Source: Azolla caroliniana (taxonomy: Eukaryota > Plantae > Polypodiophyta). From it: a stretch of DNA of 64,000 nucleotides. Below the pieces are notes generated by a model. That model was not told the DNA's origin and ran no database searches. It saw only the letters and a list, made by a program, of their open reading frames with translations. Made by a program: the position numbers and the translations under genes. The DNA lies in contig JBHGNT010000021.1 of the NCBI GenBank assembly GCA_043228905.1, positions 7,378,001 through 7,442,000 on the forward strand, given 5' to 3'. Below, in pieces: positions 36,802 through 49,265 of the stretch (the first letter of the stretch is position 1; each line of letters begins with the position of its first letter).

Positions 36802-39298
36802 ATGTGTAACACATTCATAAGTTTCCCTTTCTGCCCGACATAGCTCAAGGGAACTTCACCGACATTCACGATCGGATGCGGAGTGTCGTCTCCGATTGCG
36901 ACTACTCCCGGTTGCATCTGTTTTTCCAGGTATGAGAACCACTCCTTGTGGCACGTCATGTGGTTTGACAGGCCGGAGTCGACGTACCACACCTCGTATG
37001 ACTTCGGTGTGATCTTCTTCATCGAGTTTGCTTCGTGTCTCGTCACAAAGATTGACCCTTTTCCGGATCCTTTGGCGTAGTGTGATCGCTGCCGATTTCC
37101 TTTGTCGGTTTGTCCGGAACCTGATCCGGACCCGTTTCTCTCCGAATCAGCGTGCTTTTTCCAGCACTCGCTCTCCCTGTGGCCTTTCTTGCCACAGTAA
37201 CAGCATTCCCTGGCGGATTTCTCTTGCTGATTCTCATCGCCTCGACTCCCCCTGTTTCCAGAGGGTCCGGAATTGTTGTCGGCATCACTTCGGTGCCTTC
37301 TTCCTTGATCCCGTCGGCCACCTCCATTGTGCACCGACTCGCCTCATCCGCCACGACTACGGCGCCTATCTCCCTCTGTGTACAACATCTTGTTGTCGGC
37401 ATGCGTGCTCGTCAACGCACCCGTGTGGTTCTCCTCTATAAGGAGCATCGACTATAAGTCGAAAAACGACGGCGTATTCTCCCGTGTACACATAGCAGTT
37501 CAGAACGCTCCGAACTTCGACGCTAGTCCCCCAAGACAGATTTGCACCATCTCGCCTTCCTCGACGTTCACATCGATAGAGGCTAAGGAGTCGCATATCT
37601 CTTTGATCTTCGAGGTGTAATCAGCCACCGACAAGTCACGTTGTCGTAAATTGCTCAGCTCCTGTCGGAGTTGAAGATTCCTGGTTGTGGTGCTTGCGGC
37701 GAAGATCTTCTTCAGATTTCCCCAAGCATCCTTTGGCATTTTCGCATCCCGAATATAGCTCAGAAGTTGTTGGCCCACACAAGACGCGAAGCAGTACAGT
37801 AGTATTCTCGCCGATTGTTCCCACGCCGGGAAATCTCTGTGTGCCGATTCGGGTGCTGTGTCATTTGGTCCGTCGACATAGCTCTAGTAACCGTGCCCGA
37901 GCCGGTACTGGTGCATCTTGTAGGACCAAGACGTGTAGTTGTTTCTGTCAAGCTTCTTGGTAGGAAGCGAGCTAGCCATGCCTCTATCCATTTTGTTTTT
38001 CCTATTCTTCTTGGTTAGTTTTCTTTTCAAGCTATGTCGGCTGTAGAGGTTCTCAACCCTCGCGCTCTGATACCATAAAAAAGATTATGTGCGGAAGCAA
38101 TAGAAAACCGAACACAAAAAATACGTAGGTTTAATGGAGAGCTTGAATCTACACGGTACGCGGGAGAGACAGAGAGAGAGAGAACACACAGAAACTCAAT
38201 TCAAAATAATAATCAATATGTACATACACCGTGCAAAGTGAGCACCTTTTATACAAGCCCTAACAATAGGGCATACACAAGTACTAACAGTACTTGACCA
38301 CTCATAAGTGAGCCTACTACACTAACTCCCAAAATTATTCCTTACGAGAAATATCTTCCCAACGGCCTCGCGGTTTACACACCGATACGGCTATGTTATG
38401 CGTACTAATTTACACACCTGGTCTACGCACTGGGTTACGCATCGTATTATGCACGAATGTTGAGCTTGTTTCTCAACAAAAGGGTGAGAGATTCCAGCTG
38501 TAGTGAGCAACCGGCCTTCCGTAATCCGCATCCCAGCTACCGTGTTGGCCTCCGTTGGTCCAAACTGTTGGCTTTGGTTCCATCCTCGCGCTTGCGTCCC
38601 CGTTGGCTCGATCGACCTGTCGACAGGTCGATGGCCACACTCTGTAGCGTTACTACGCGCGTGCGTGTAGAAGGGGCGGGACCACGGGGGTCTCGGACGA
38701 GGGAGGAAGGGATGATGGACTCGTTCCGTACCCTCGATCATCTTCTTCCAGAATTCCGACCTTCTCCTTGGTCGATCTTTCTCCCCATGTAAAGAGGGCA
38801 GCTCGTTCCGCACCCTCTTCCGAATCGGCACCTTCATACCGAACCCGACCCCTATCGAACGATCTACATCCGAATCGGAATGCCGACCAATTCGATCCCC
38901 GGTCAGGTCGACTTCCGATTCCACTCCCTTCGGTGTCGACTCTCATTTTCTCCTTCTCTGCCGCAGCTTCGTCCTTGAGCTCCTCGCAAGCCGTTTCCCA
39001 TCCACTTCGTTGGCATCATACTAGGACTCCTGGTTGGCGCCTTCCATCTCTCCGGTCTTATGTTGGCACACGGGCTCGACTGTCGGAGTCTCCGTAATCC
39101 TCGTGGAGGGCTCTTCTCCGCTCCTGACCACCTCTTTGGTCGGTCTTTCTCCGCAAGTCGAGAGGGTGTCTTGCTCTACACCCTCTATTGTGGTACCGTC
39201 GTACTATTCTTCGTCCTTTGCTTGGGCCATGTCCTCCTTGTTCGGAAGGCCGACTAGCTCTAAGTCTCCGAGATCTGTTCGCGTGGTGGATCTCTTTT

Positions 39299-42200
39299 TG
39301 TTGAGAATCAAGCTCAACTTGGTCTAGTGTGTGAACTCACCTTGAGAGTGAATAAACACTCCAACGGTCAAGAGTCACCATTATGTCACCACTTTGTATT
39401 CTAGCATTTAGTATGAGTCATAGAATCATATTCTATGACACATAACTTATGAGCTTTCACATTCCCCATGCTCCATAAATCTTGTTGTTAATTAAGAGAG
39501 AGGGTGGTGATTATATAAAGCACCCTCCTCCCACCTTGTATGATGTTGAGTCATTCTCCTTCATTAATATACTTTACATTGTGTATTCTCTGTGTCTTAC
39601 TCCTTGTCTCTCTCACTCTCTCTCTCTCTCTCTCATACACACACACAACTCATATCTATTCCGCTGCACAGAATCCATCTCGTGATTCTTTACATGGTAT
39701 CAGAGCGGCTTAATAGCTGGATCTAGTCCATCCGCGTGCGTTGTGTCCTACGCCGACGACCAAGAACCAGCTCATCGCTACATAGCTCGCATTCAAAGAG
39801 AGAAGAAGAAGAAGAAGAAGAATCGACATAATGAATACTCAAATGGGGAGCGCTCTCCCTACCGAGAAGTTGGATCGAAACAACTTCACATCTTGGGAGT
39901 ACAAGATGCACCAATACCTTGTCAAACAAGGCTATTGGAACTACATCAAAGGAGCGCACGAACACTGACCCGTCGAAATGGCTCCCTAATACGCAACTGG
40001 GAGCAAGCCGCAAGCTACGTGATGTATTGCTTGGCGACATGTGTTCACAATCACATGCTCAGCTACATTCGCGAAACGAAGATGCCGAAGGAGGCATGGG
40101 AAAATCTACGAAAGATTTTCACGGCGAACAGAACCGCAAGAAGGCTTCAACTCCACCAATAGTTGAACAACATTCAACAAAGGGACATGTCCATCACGAC
40201 ATACACCTTGAAGATCAAGGAGCTTTGCAACTTGCTTGGCTCGATAAGCGTAAACATCAATGATGATGAGATGGTGCAAATATGCCTCGGCGGCCTCGCA
40301 CCACAGTTCGGCGCGATGTGAACCACCATTCTAGCAAGGGAGAAATCTCCCTCCTTCTTCGAGCTCCAATCAATGCTATTGGTCGAAGAAAACCACGTGT
40401 GTACAAGGAGCAATGAGTTGGAAGGCCACATGCTCTACACGCACTCGAACGGAGGAAGAGGATGCGGACGAGCGAGAGGCCGATTCTGCCAAGGACAAGG
40501 CGGACAAGGTCCGACCTACGACAACAACTCCCAATTTCGGCTGCAAAACGGAAGCCAACGAGGAACCTTTGCAAGAAGGGGGAGCTTCCACTCCGGCCCG
40601 AGCCGTCAAAACACAACTGAATGTGGATATTGCGGAAAGCTCGGCCACCACGAAGAAGAGTGTCGAAAGAAGATGTGTGAATCGGCTTCCACAAGCCGAC
40701 AACTCACGAATTACACGCACAATTCTGACTACGAAGAGTATAGCAGAATGTACGGGCACAACTCCGACTACAAAGATCGTGGCGGAATGTATGCACACAA
40801 CTCCGACTGTTGCGGAATGTTCATGATGAAACATAGAGCAAACTCTATGTCGGCCTCTACCTCAACTAGTGCCCTCATTCCGGAGGACGTATGGTTTGTT
40901 GACTCCGGAGCCTCAAACCATATGACATCTCATAAAGAATGGTTTCTCGAACTTCGGCACATCGGCAATGTTCCGTTCGGCGAAAGAGGTAAGCAAACAT
41001 ACATTAAAAATGTCTTGCATGTTCCCACCATCACGAAGAATTTGGTCTCGGTCGGCCAAATGGTTGAGCAAGGGATGCAAGTACGATTCGACCAAGAAGG
41101 GTGCTTCATCGAAAAAGAGGGCCGAATCATCGTGCGCGGAAGAAGAGAGGGCCGGATGTTCATTCTCGATTCACACGAGATGAAATCCGCCATGTTCGCA
41201 AAATGCACGAAAGTCGACTTCGACATAAAGCTATGGCACAAGAGAATCGGCTACATCAATCTCAACAAACTCAAAGCAATGAAATCAAAAGGAATCTTCA
41301 TCGGACTCCCGACATTCAAAGACAACGAGATTGAAGGTGTATGTGAAGCGTGCCAATTCGGCAAGCAAAACCGACACCCATTCCCGAAAGAGCGGAATGT
41401 GAGCAAAAGTCTACTCGATGTAGTCCATTCCGACGTATGGGAACCGGCGCAAATGGCTACATTCGGTGGATGCCGATATTACATGCTCTTCATCGATGAC
41501 TTCTCCAGGCACACGTGGCTCTATCCGATGCGGCAAAAGAGAAAAGTGTTCGAACACTTCCAAAGGTTTAAAAACGAAGTCGAAAAAGCCACTGGTCGTC
41601 ATGTACGATGCCTTCGATCGGATGGCGGCAAGGAGTACTTCTCGGACAATTTCATGGCATATCTCCGAAAGGAAGGAATTCGGCGAGAATTCACTTGCCG
41701 ACACACTCCTCAACAAAACCGAGTAGCTGAGCGCAAAAATCGGCACATCCTCGAACTAGCGCGGGCCATGATGAACGAGAAGCATATGCCCAAGTCATGT
41801 TGGGCTGAAGCTGCAAATACGGCCGTCTACCTAATGAACCAATGCACAACATCCGGAGTGCATGAGGTCACTGTGCACGAAAAATACTTTGGAAAGAAGT
41901 CGGACTTATCGCACACCCGGATATTCAGCGCGATAGCATACGTGCACATACCCGACGAAAAGCGGCAAAAGTTAGATCCAAAGTCGGAGAAATGTATCCT
42001 CGTAGGATACTCACTTGAACAAAAGGGGTACAAATGCTACAACCCATCTACCCGAAAAGTTCGAGTAAGTCAAGACGTCGTGTTCGACGAATCCGCATCC
42101 TGGTACGCACTAGAGAAGATTCCGACTTCGACCCCGATCGATGCGGAACCGGCCGACCAAGAGCGAGAAGGTGGAGATCGCCACGAAGAAATGTTCAAAG

Positions 42201-44722
42201 ATAGCTCGATTACCACAAGGCTAAGTGGGCCACAAGAGCTCCCGAGCGATCAAAGCACATCACGGCCTAGCCTGAAGATGGACAAATGCAAGGCAAAAAT
42301 GACGGAATACGAAGATGATCGCTTCGATGACGACGAGTCGACTCACTCACTCGACAGTGAGTTCAACGGCTTCAATGTACCAATCGGAGCTAAGAAAGTC
42401 CTCATCTTTGCAAATGAAATGCTTCGTCACTCCACCCGTGAAAAGAATCTAGTCAGCCGATTTGGCTACAACGACTACATGGCATATCACTATGCCTTTA
42501 TGATGAAGGTGGCAACAGTACGCGAGCCGGAAACATTTTCCAAAGCAGCCAAGGATCTGCGATGGATCGAAGCCATGAATGAGGAGATGCAGGCACTACG
42601 CAAGAACAAGACATGGGATCTCGTTCCCACCTCACCACACAAAAAGGCGATCGGATGCAGATGGATTTACAAAGTGAAGTACAACATCGACGGTTCCGTC
42701 AAACGCTACAAAGCACGACTCGTAGCGAAAGGCTACGCACAAACGCACGGAGTTGATTACGAAGAGACCTTTGCCCCGGTGGCAAAGATGACGACGGTAC
42801 AGACCGTAATTGTGCTTGTCGCGGCGAAAGGGTGGCACCTCCATCAAATGGACGTCAAGAACGCCTTTCTACAAGGCGATTTAGAAGAGGAGGTGTACAT
42901 GATACAACCACCCGGCTTCAACTCGAGCACCCATCAGAAAGTTGTATGCCGACTCAAGAAGCCACTCTACGGCCTCAAGCAAGCACCGCGTGCTTGGCAT
43001 TCGAAGATAACGCAATATCCTCATCAAATTGGCTTCCGTATGTCAAAATCGGACAACTCCCTCTAGATACGAAGTGACTCCGCAAGTCCGATCGTCATCA
43101 TCTTATATGTGGATGACCTAGTCATTGGAAGTGAGCATCCCATCGAAATCAATAAGGTCAAATCCCTCCTTTCTAACAAGTTCGAGATGACGGACATGAA
43201 GGAGCTCCACTACTTCCTCGGCATCGAGGTAATTCGGACTCCGACCAGAATCATGATCTCTCAATGGCACTACAGCCTCAACTTGTTATACAAGTTCGGT
43301 ATGGCTGAGTGCAAATGTGCGGCAACCCCGCTCGATCGCAATCTCAAACTAGATGCGAACTCCGGCACCAAAGCGTGTGAGCCGACTCAGTATTGGCAAC
43401 TCATCGGGAGTCTCATCTACCTCAAGATCACTCGACCCGATCTCAGTTATCCGGTCGGTCTCCTTAGTCAATTCATGCAAACACCGTGTGATACTCACTT
43501 GGATTGCGCTAAGCAAGTTCTACGATACGTGAGCGGCACAATGGATTGTTGCATCCTCTACAAGACTACGATGCCAATACGACTCGAGGGGTACACAAAT
43601 GCCGATTGGGCTGGCTACAAAGCCGATAGAAGATCAAACTCCAGATTTGTTTTTTCCCTTGACAGCGAAGCAATATCCTGGAGCAGCAAAAAGCAACCAA
43701 CCGTCGCTCTTTCGAGCACAGAGGCGGAATACAAGGTCGCGACAGTGGCCGCATGTGAAGTTGTATGGCTCAAAAGGATACTCAAGGATCTGGGCGTATC
43801 CATCAAGGATCCGACTTCCCTTTACTGCGACAACATGAGTAGTATCTATCTGGCTCGGAACCCGGTGTTCCACGCACGGAAAAAGCACATCGAAGTGCAC
43901 TATCACTTCATCCGAGAGCGTGTTCTAGCTGGCAATGTTGACCTACAACACATTAGCACAAATCTTCAAATGGCCGACATCTTCACTAAAGCCTTAGGAG
44001 CCGACAAGCTATGGCAATTCATGGCCGATCTCAGATTGACGATCCCTGACCTGCCAAGCTTGAGGGGGAGTACCAAGGACACTACGCAATAACGCTTGGA
44101 TTCCACAACCGTGCAACGAAGCCACGAAGAGTTGATCTACCGCGCAAAGCCGCGAAGAAAGACGCAAGCCGAAGCACAGACTTCGCAACTACGCACAACG
44201 CAAGCTGGAGCACAGATTCCGCAACTCCACATAAATGCGAGTCGACACGAGTCGACGCGGACTCCGAAACGCAAGTCGAAGCGGATTTCAGATACCGTCT
44301 GAAACCGACCCGACTTGAGCTTGAGGGGGCGTGTTGAGAATCAAGATCAACTTGGTCTTGTGTGTGAACTCACCTTGAGAGTGAATAGACACTCCAACAG
44401 TCAAGAGTCACCATTATGTAACCACTTTGTATTCTAGCATTTAATATGAGTCATAGAATCATATTCTATGACACATAACTTATGAGCTTTCACATTCCCC
44501 ATGCTCCATGAGTCTTGTAGTTAATGAAGAGAGAGGGTGACTATATAAAGCACCCTCATCCCACCTTGTATGATGTTGAGTCCTTCTCCTTTGTTAATAT
44601 ACTTTACCTTGCGTATTCTCTGTGTCTTACTCCTTGTCTCTCTCACTCACTCTCTCTCTCTCATACACACACACAACTCATATCTATTCCAATGCACAAA
44701 ATCCATCTCGTAATTCTTTACA
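39299..44722 (+). mobile_element. Full-length Ty1/copia element (related family)
   Basis: LTRs 39299-39694 and 44332-44722; PBS TGGTATCAGAGC at 39695; PPT 44318-44331; perfect TSD CTTTT. Confidence 0.96.
39830..44092 (+). pseudogene. Copia gag-pol polyprotein with a few stops and frameshifts
   Basis: ORFs 40373-43066 and 43109-44092: CGYCGKLGHHEEEC, WFVDSGAS, HSDVW/RSDGGKEY/AERKNR, YVDDL, RNase H. Confidence 0.92.
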
Positions 44723-45435
44723 CTTTTCTTCGTTGACCATCGCCTTCAGAGCCTCATATGCCTCCCGGACCAAGGCTTCGACATCAAGCTTCGCCGATCC
44801 TTCTTGTTGCGTGCCGGCTCCTTGCTGTGATGACGCGCCGTCGCGTGTTACCTTCCCTTTACCTTTCACGGACCGCTCCTCATCCAACCATCAGCATACT
44901 CGTTCAACTTCCGACCGGTCCTCGATAAGGCCATTCGCTCCAACATCGTCTTCGAGCTTAATTCCGATCGCCTCCCGTTCCGCTCGGTTGATCGACCTAA
45001 CGAACAATAGGACTTTGTCCACCCCACCAGTCTTTGTTCCCGCTCTGGGAGCCGATTAAAGTGCCGCTCGAACTCCTGGAATGCCTTCATTGTGCCCCGG
45101 TGGGTCTTCGCCGATGCAACCCACCGATCAAAGTCGCACCTTCCCCGGCTCTTCGGCCATCCTCCGTATGCCTGCAAGAGCGCCTCTCCGAACGCCTCCC
45201 ACGAACTATGAGCTCCTCGGAGCTCTTTTACTTCCGCGTGCATATGGATGGTGACGACCTGACAGAAAAACTCCAGCCTCAACGCCTCGTCTACGCCTCG
45301 CACCTCCATTTCTGCGTTGTAGGCTTCCAAGTAGAATGGGACTTTGTCCCCGTTGAAATGGCTGACTCTTTTGACCACTCGCTCAATAGCTTGTTGTGCC
45401 ACTTCCCGTCTCATCGCCACTAATCTGAACTCCAT
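44723..45435 (-). pseudogene. Antisense Gag-like (capsid-region) ORF in the 3' internal region of the family-C element; acidic tail continues at 39293-~38720 beyond the copia insertion
   Basis: QAIERVVKRVSHFNGDKVPFYLEAYNAEM...HAEVKEL...FQEFERHFNRL...VLLFVRSI aligns by eye to Gag RAIEAVVGTIGRFSGKDATKYLASYGAEM...HAEVLEV...LREFEERFARL...VLLFVKSV. Confidence 0.75.
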
Positions 45436-46760
45436 CACCACTTCGGGTTGCGCGGCACACGGAGGTGCCAGAGTGGGAATACAGGCGCGAAGATGGGTTG
45501 CCGGTCCAGGTGATCTCTCGTAGAAGGCCGAAGAGGGATCCTCCACACTGGTTCCAGAGACCTTGGCAGTCCGGTTGTCGTGGCAACGTAAGACCAAGGA
45601 GAAGGTAGGTAGTGGCGAGGGGACGAAGGTGGTGAAGATCAGCGCGGAACGAGAATTGGGACGACGCGAAGGTCGACAAAGGCCAAGAGGGCCATCATGA
45701 GTGCTCCTCGGATGGAGGACACCGCGTATCCGAAGGAACGAGAAGTGTGCATGCGGTGGAAAGAAGGGCCAACGGGGAAGCAAGCGCACTACGGGATCAC
45801 AGCGAATTATCGATCGACGGGTTGAACAAGCCTACGGAGAGGCAAGTGCGGAGAAGGAACCGGAGCCGACGATTCAAATCAGCAAGGCAAACGCGGCAGC
45901 CGAAATGCGGATTACGAAAGTTTGGTTCCTCACCGACCGGAATCTCTCACCCTTCTCTGAACTTGGCACGTACCGGTGGACGTGTAGTTTGGTGGGGGCG
46001 AATGTTGTGAAGATTCTGGGCCATAATGAGAAACCAAGGAATATCAGAAGAATCGACGGGGTGCATCATGTGCACTCACCCTTGTACAAATTGTGTAAAT
46101 GATAGGGGCGCCATTATGGTGTCGGACAGTAGTTAATTCGGGACAGAGGATCCCATGTAATAAGGGATTTATCCCACATTGTTACACATCCCTCTCTTTG
46201 TTCTATAAAAGGAAGGGAGCGCCCTTTGTAAAGGGGTTGCCCATTTTTGAGTTAGGAAGGGTATACCACTTAGGTCTAGGGTTACTTCAGCTAGGGTCTC
46301 TTTGTCTAGGGTTTTGTTATGTTCCTTTGCTTCTTCTTCTTGAGGGTTTTGGGGCGTCGTAGCCATGGCGACTAAGCTTTGTTAGGGTTCTTGTTCTTGT
46401 TCTTGTTCTTCTTTTTCTTCTTCCTCTTTGTCGTCAGGTGAGTGAGTCTTCATGTTTGTTTAGGGTCTAGCTCGGTGAAGAGCTTGTGTGTTCAGTGGGG
46501 TTTGCTTTTGCTCGGTCTCCTGTGCAAGACGCCACTTGGCGCGATGAGCCCGAGAGCTCCCCAATTGGCGGCTTGGCAGCAGACGACTGTTGTAACCTAA
46601 TCTACCTTGGTCCAGCTCGAAGCTAGTATTGTATCTTGCATGTGTATTTATATATATAAAAGGTTGTGCATATTTGTGTCCATGTTGGTGTCGGGTGCGT
46701 TTCTTTCCCTTTGTTTCCTGTACATAAGAGGTGTGTGTTGAGTCGGTATTATGCGTGTGG

Positions 46761-46811
<51 letters not shown>

Positions 46812-47423
46812 TTCGGTAGCCGCTGGTACGCGTCCGGAATCGCTCTGGGGTGCGCCACAACCAGTAGAACCGGGACTCGAGAGAAGTCAACTTCTCGACA
46901 CCCATCTCTTCCTAGTCCGAGACCCCCGTGGTCCCGCCCCTTCCTACACATACGCGCGGAACTCCGCGACAACGTGCAGCTTGAGAAGTGCATCGATTGC
47001 TTGGCTGGCAAGAAGAACCGATCCTCTTTCCAGTCGAGACCATCGTCGAGAAGGAATGCACTGGTGGACCTTGTGCATACCAATGTAGGCCAAGTGGAGA
47101 TGAAGTCACATGCCGGATCACAGTACTTCATGACGTTCATAAACGACCACAACCAGAAGTTGTGGGTCTCACCCCTGAAGACGAAGGATCAAGTATTGTC
47201 CGTCTTTAAGGAACTCCACGTGAGAGTGGAAAGAGAAACCGGCCGGAAGCTAAAGGCGGTTCGAGCGAACAACGCAGGAGAATATCGGGGGCAGTTCGAG
47301 GAGTACTACCAGTCGAAGGGAATCCGGCTTGAATTCACCATGTTGAAGACACCGGATCTCAACGGATTGTCCGAACGGATGAACCAGACCGTAATGGAGA
47401 GAGTCTGGAGTATGTTGGCACGT

Positions 47424-48421
47424 TGTCGTGAAGATTTCTGGCTATAGTGTGAAACCGAGGTGGAATGGGCAAGTGCACATGTATAGTAGGAAGATGGTGT
47501 ATAGAATAAGGGGGAGTATTTATCCCACATTGTAATGTCCCTCCCTCCTTGGGCTATAAAAGGAAGGGAGGGGTCTCTTGTGAAGGGGTTGCCCATTTTG
47601 AGTTAGGAGGGTATACCGTTAGATTTAAGGTTTAGTAGTGTTCTTCCTCTTCATCTTATTCTTAGGGTTTCTACTTTGGTCTTCCTCCCTATTTCGTTTA
47701 GGGTTTCATTTTGGGGTCTTCTTCTTCTTTTTCTTATGGGTTTGATTCCTTCTTCTTGAGTGGAGGTTTAGTGCTTCGTCTCGTTCTTCATCTTGTGAGA
47801 GATTATGGGGGATTTAGGGTTTCGGGGTTTCTTAATGTGATCTAAATTTCATAAGCTTAGGGTTTTGGGTTTACCTTCTTCTTGGTCGAGTTAGTGTTTT
47901 GGTTTGGGGTTTCTACAATAGCGGCTCTTCGGCATTCCGGTGGCGACACTTGGAGGTTCAGTTTCCTCTCCTTGATGGAGAGCGTTTCACATGGCGCCCG
48001 GTTCGAGAAGGGAGGGTGAAGTGGCACGGGAACACTCCATCGTCTTCGGGGCGTGACCAACAATGGACGTCGCAGTCCTGGCGACCCACTTGACTCGCCT
48101 TCACCAGTCCCCCATTCTTATCTTGATGTATTAGCCGATTGTTTGTAATAGCCACCGGATTCGGGGCATGTAACCGTCTTGTTGTAAAACTCTTGTAATA
48201 TATATTCATGTTAGTGTATATCTATCTTCCTTGTAACATATTTGAGTCAGGTCCATATTCGCGGTGAACCGTCTTTTTGTGAAACCCTACATTCGTTGGA
48301 GCCGGAAACCAGTTCCGGACAGAAGCCTACAAAGCTTAAGCACTCCACCAACTGTCTCCCCAGTCCAAGACCCCCGGGGTCCCGCCTAAGATCCTACACG
48401 TACTCGCGGAATACCGCGAGA
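47424..48421 (+). repeat. Solo LTR, family C (998 bp)
   Basis: TGTCGTGAAGA start; perfect TSD ACGT; similar to 46003-46971. Confidence 0.9.
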
Positions 48422-49265
48422 ACGTGCCAAGTTACCCAAGATGTTTTCGGCTAAAGCGTTGATGACAGCGACGTACGTGATAAATAGATCACCCTCAGCA
48501 CCCTTGGACAGAGACACACCATTGAGAGTATGGACCGGTAGAGACGTTGTTGAGGTACTCCTCGCGGATGCGTGGAATGAGGTGGGACCTCGGGGGTCTT
48601 GTACCGAAGAGCAATAGGGAAAGGAGAAGGGAAGGGACCCACTACGTGCGAGCGTAGATCCACAGGGACACGGCCCTTCGACACGAAGACGTGAGCAGGG
48701 AAACCAACACAGAGAGGCACAACGGTATGTAAGTATATATTAACAGAGACAAACAACAAAAGCACGAAGTCGGTTACAACCGAACAGGCCGGCGAACAGA
48801 TGCTGATGCCTGTTCGCAAACGCTCAAAAAGGAGGGAGTAGGTGGGAGGTGTTGCCGGAAGCACTCGGGCATTCCTCAGAGCAGCGCGAGCCTCACGAAA
48901 CCTGCACAGAAAGAAGCTACGGAGTATGGAAGAGAGAGAAGCCTTCGACCGACAACCCAACAGCACTTCGTCCTCTCTGATTCCGCGATCCCTTCCTCCT
49001 CCTCGTCTCCCTCCTTTTATAGGCAAGAAGGGAGTCGTTTCCTATTAACTTCCTACCTACCAAATCTACCTACCTAGGATCTTCCATGTCCCTAATTCTC
49101 TCTTATGTACAACACAAGGCGTACGTGCATGAAGAGCCGGTTCCTATGCTCTGGCGCACCGATTCCGCTCGTGGACGGTTTTCTTCACGACATCCGCCCC
49201 CACCTAACCGCGCATCCACCGGCATGCGCCAAATTGAGTTGGGATGGAGAAAACCGGTCCAGCCT

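Larger units (their letters stand above)
23125..38478 (-). mobile_element. Ty1/copia element (decayed, both LTRs present) hosting nested insertions
   Basis: LTRs 23125-23525 and 38076-38478; iMet PBS TGGTATCAGAGC at 38064-38075; PPT 23526-23538; TSD GAAGG/AAAGG; gag, WYVDSG, integrase, RT (YIDDL) and RNase H (HARTKHIEVHYHF) fragments. Confidence 0.92.
9913..38642 (-). mobile_element. 3' portion of a long-LTR gypsy element ('family C'): 3' LTR 9913-23072 split by the DNA transposon, PPT at 23073-23085, internal region split by a copia
   Basis: TGTCG at 9913 after CCGT; ...TTCACGACA at 23072; 23073-23124 plus 38484-38640 are homologous to the reverse complement of ~45800-46002. Confidence 0.75.
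38720..46971 (+). mobile_element. 3' portion of a second family-C gypsy element: internal region, PPT and 3' LTR 46003-46971
   Basis: GGTGGGGGCGAA before TGTTGTGAAGA; ends CGCGACA followed by ACGT; left boundary approximate. Confidence 0.75.

Noticed and set aside
46731-47447. 238-aa ORF as a novel gene
   Set aside because: Chimera of LTR microsatellite sequence and copia integrase across the ACGT junction
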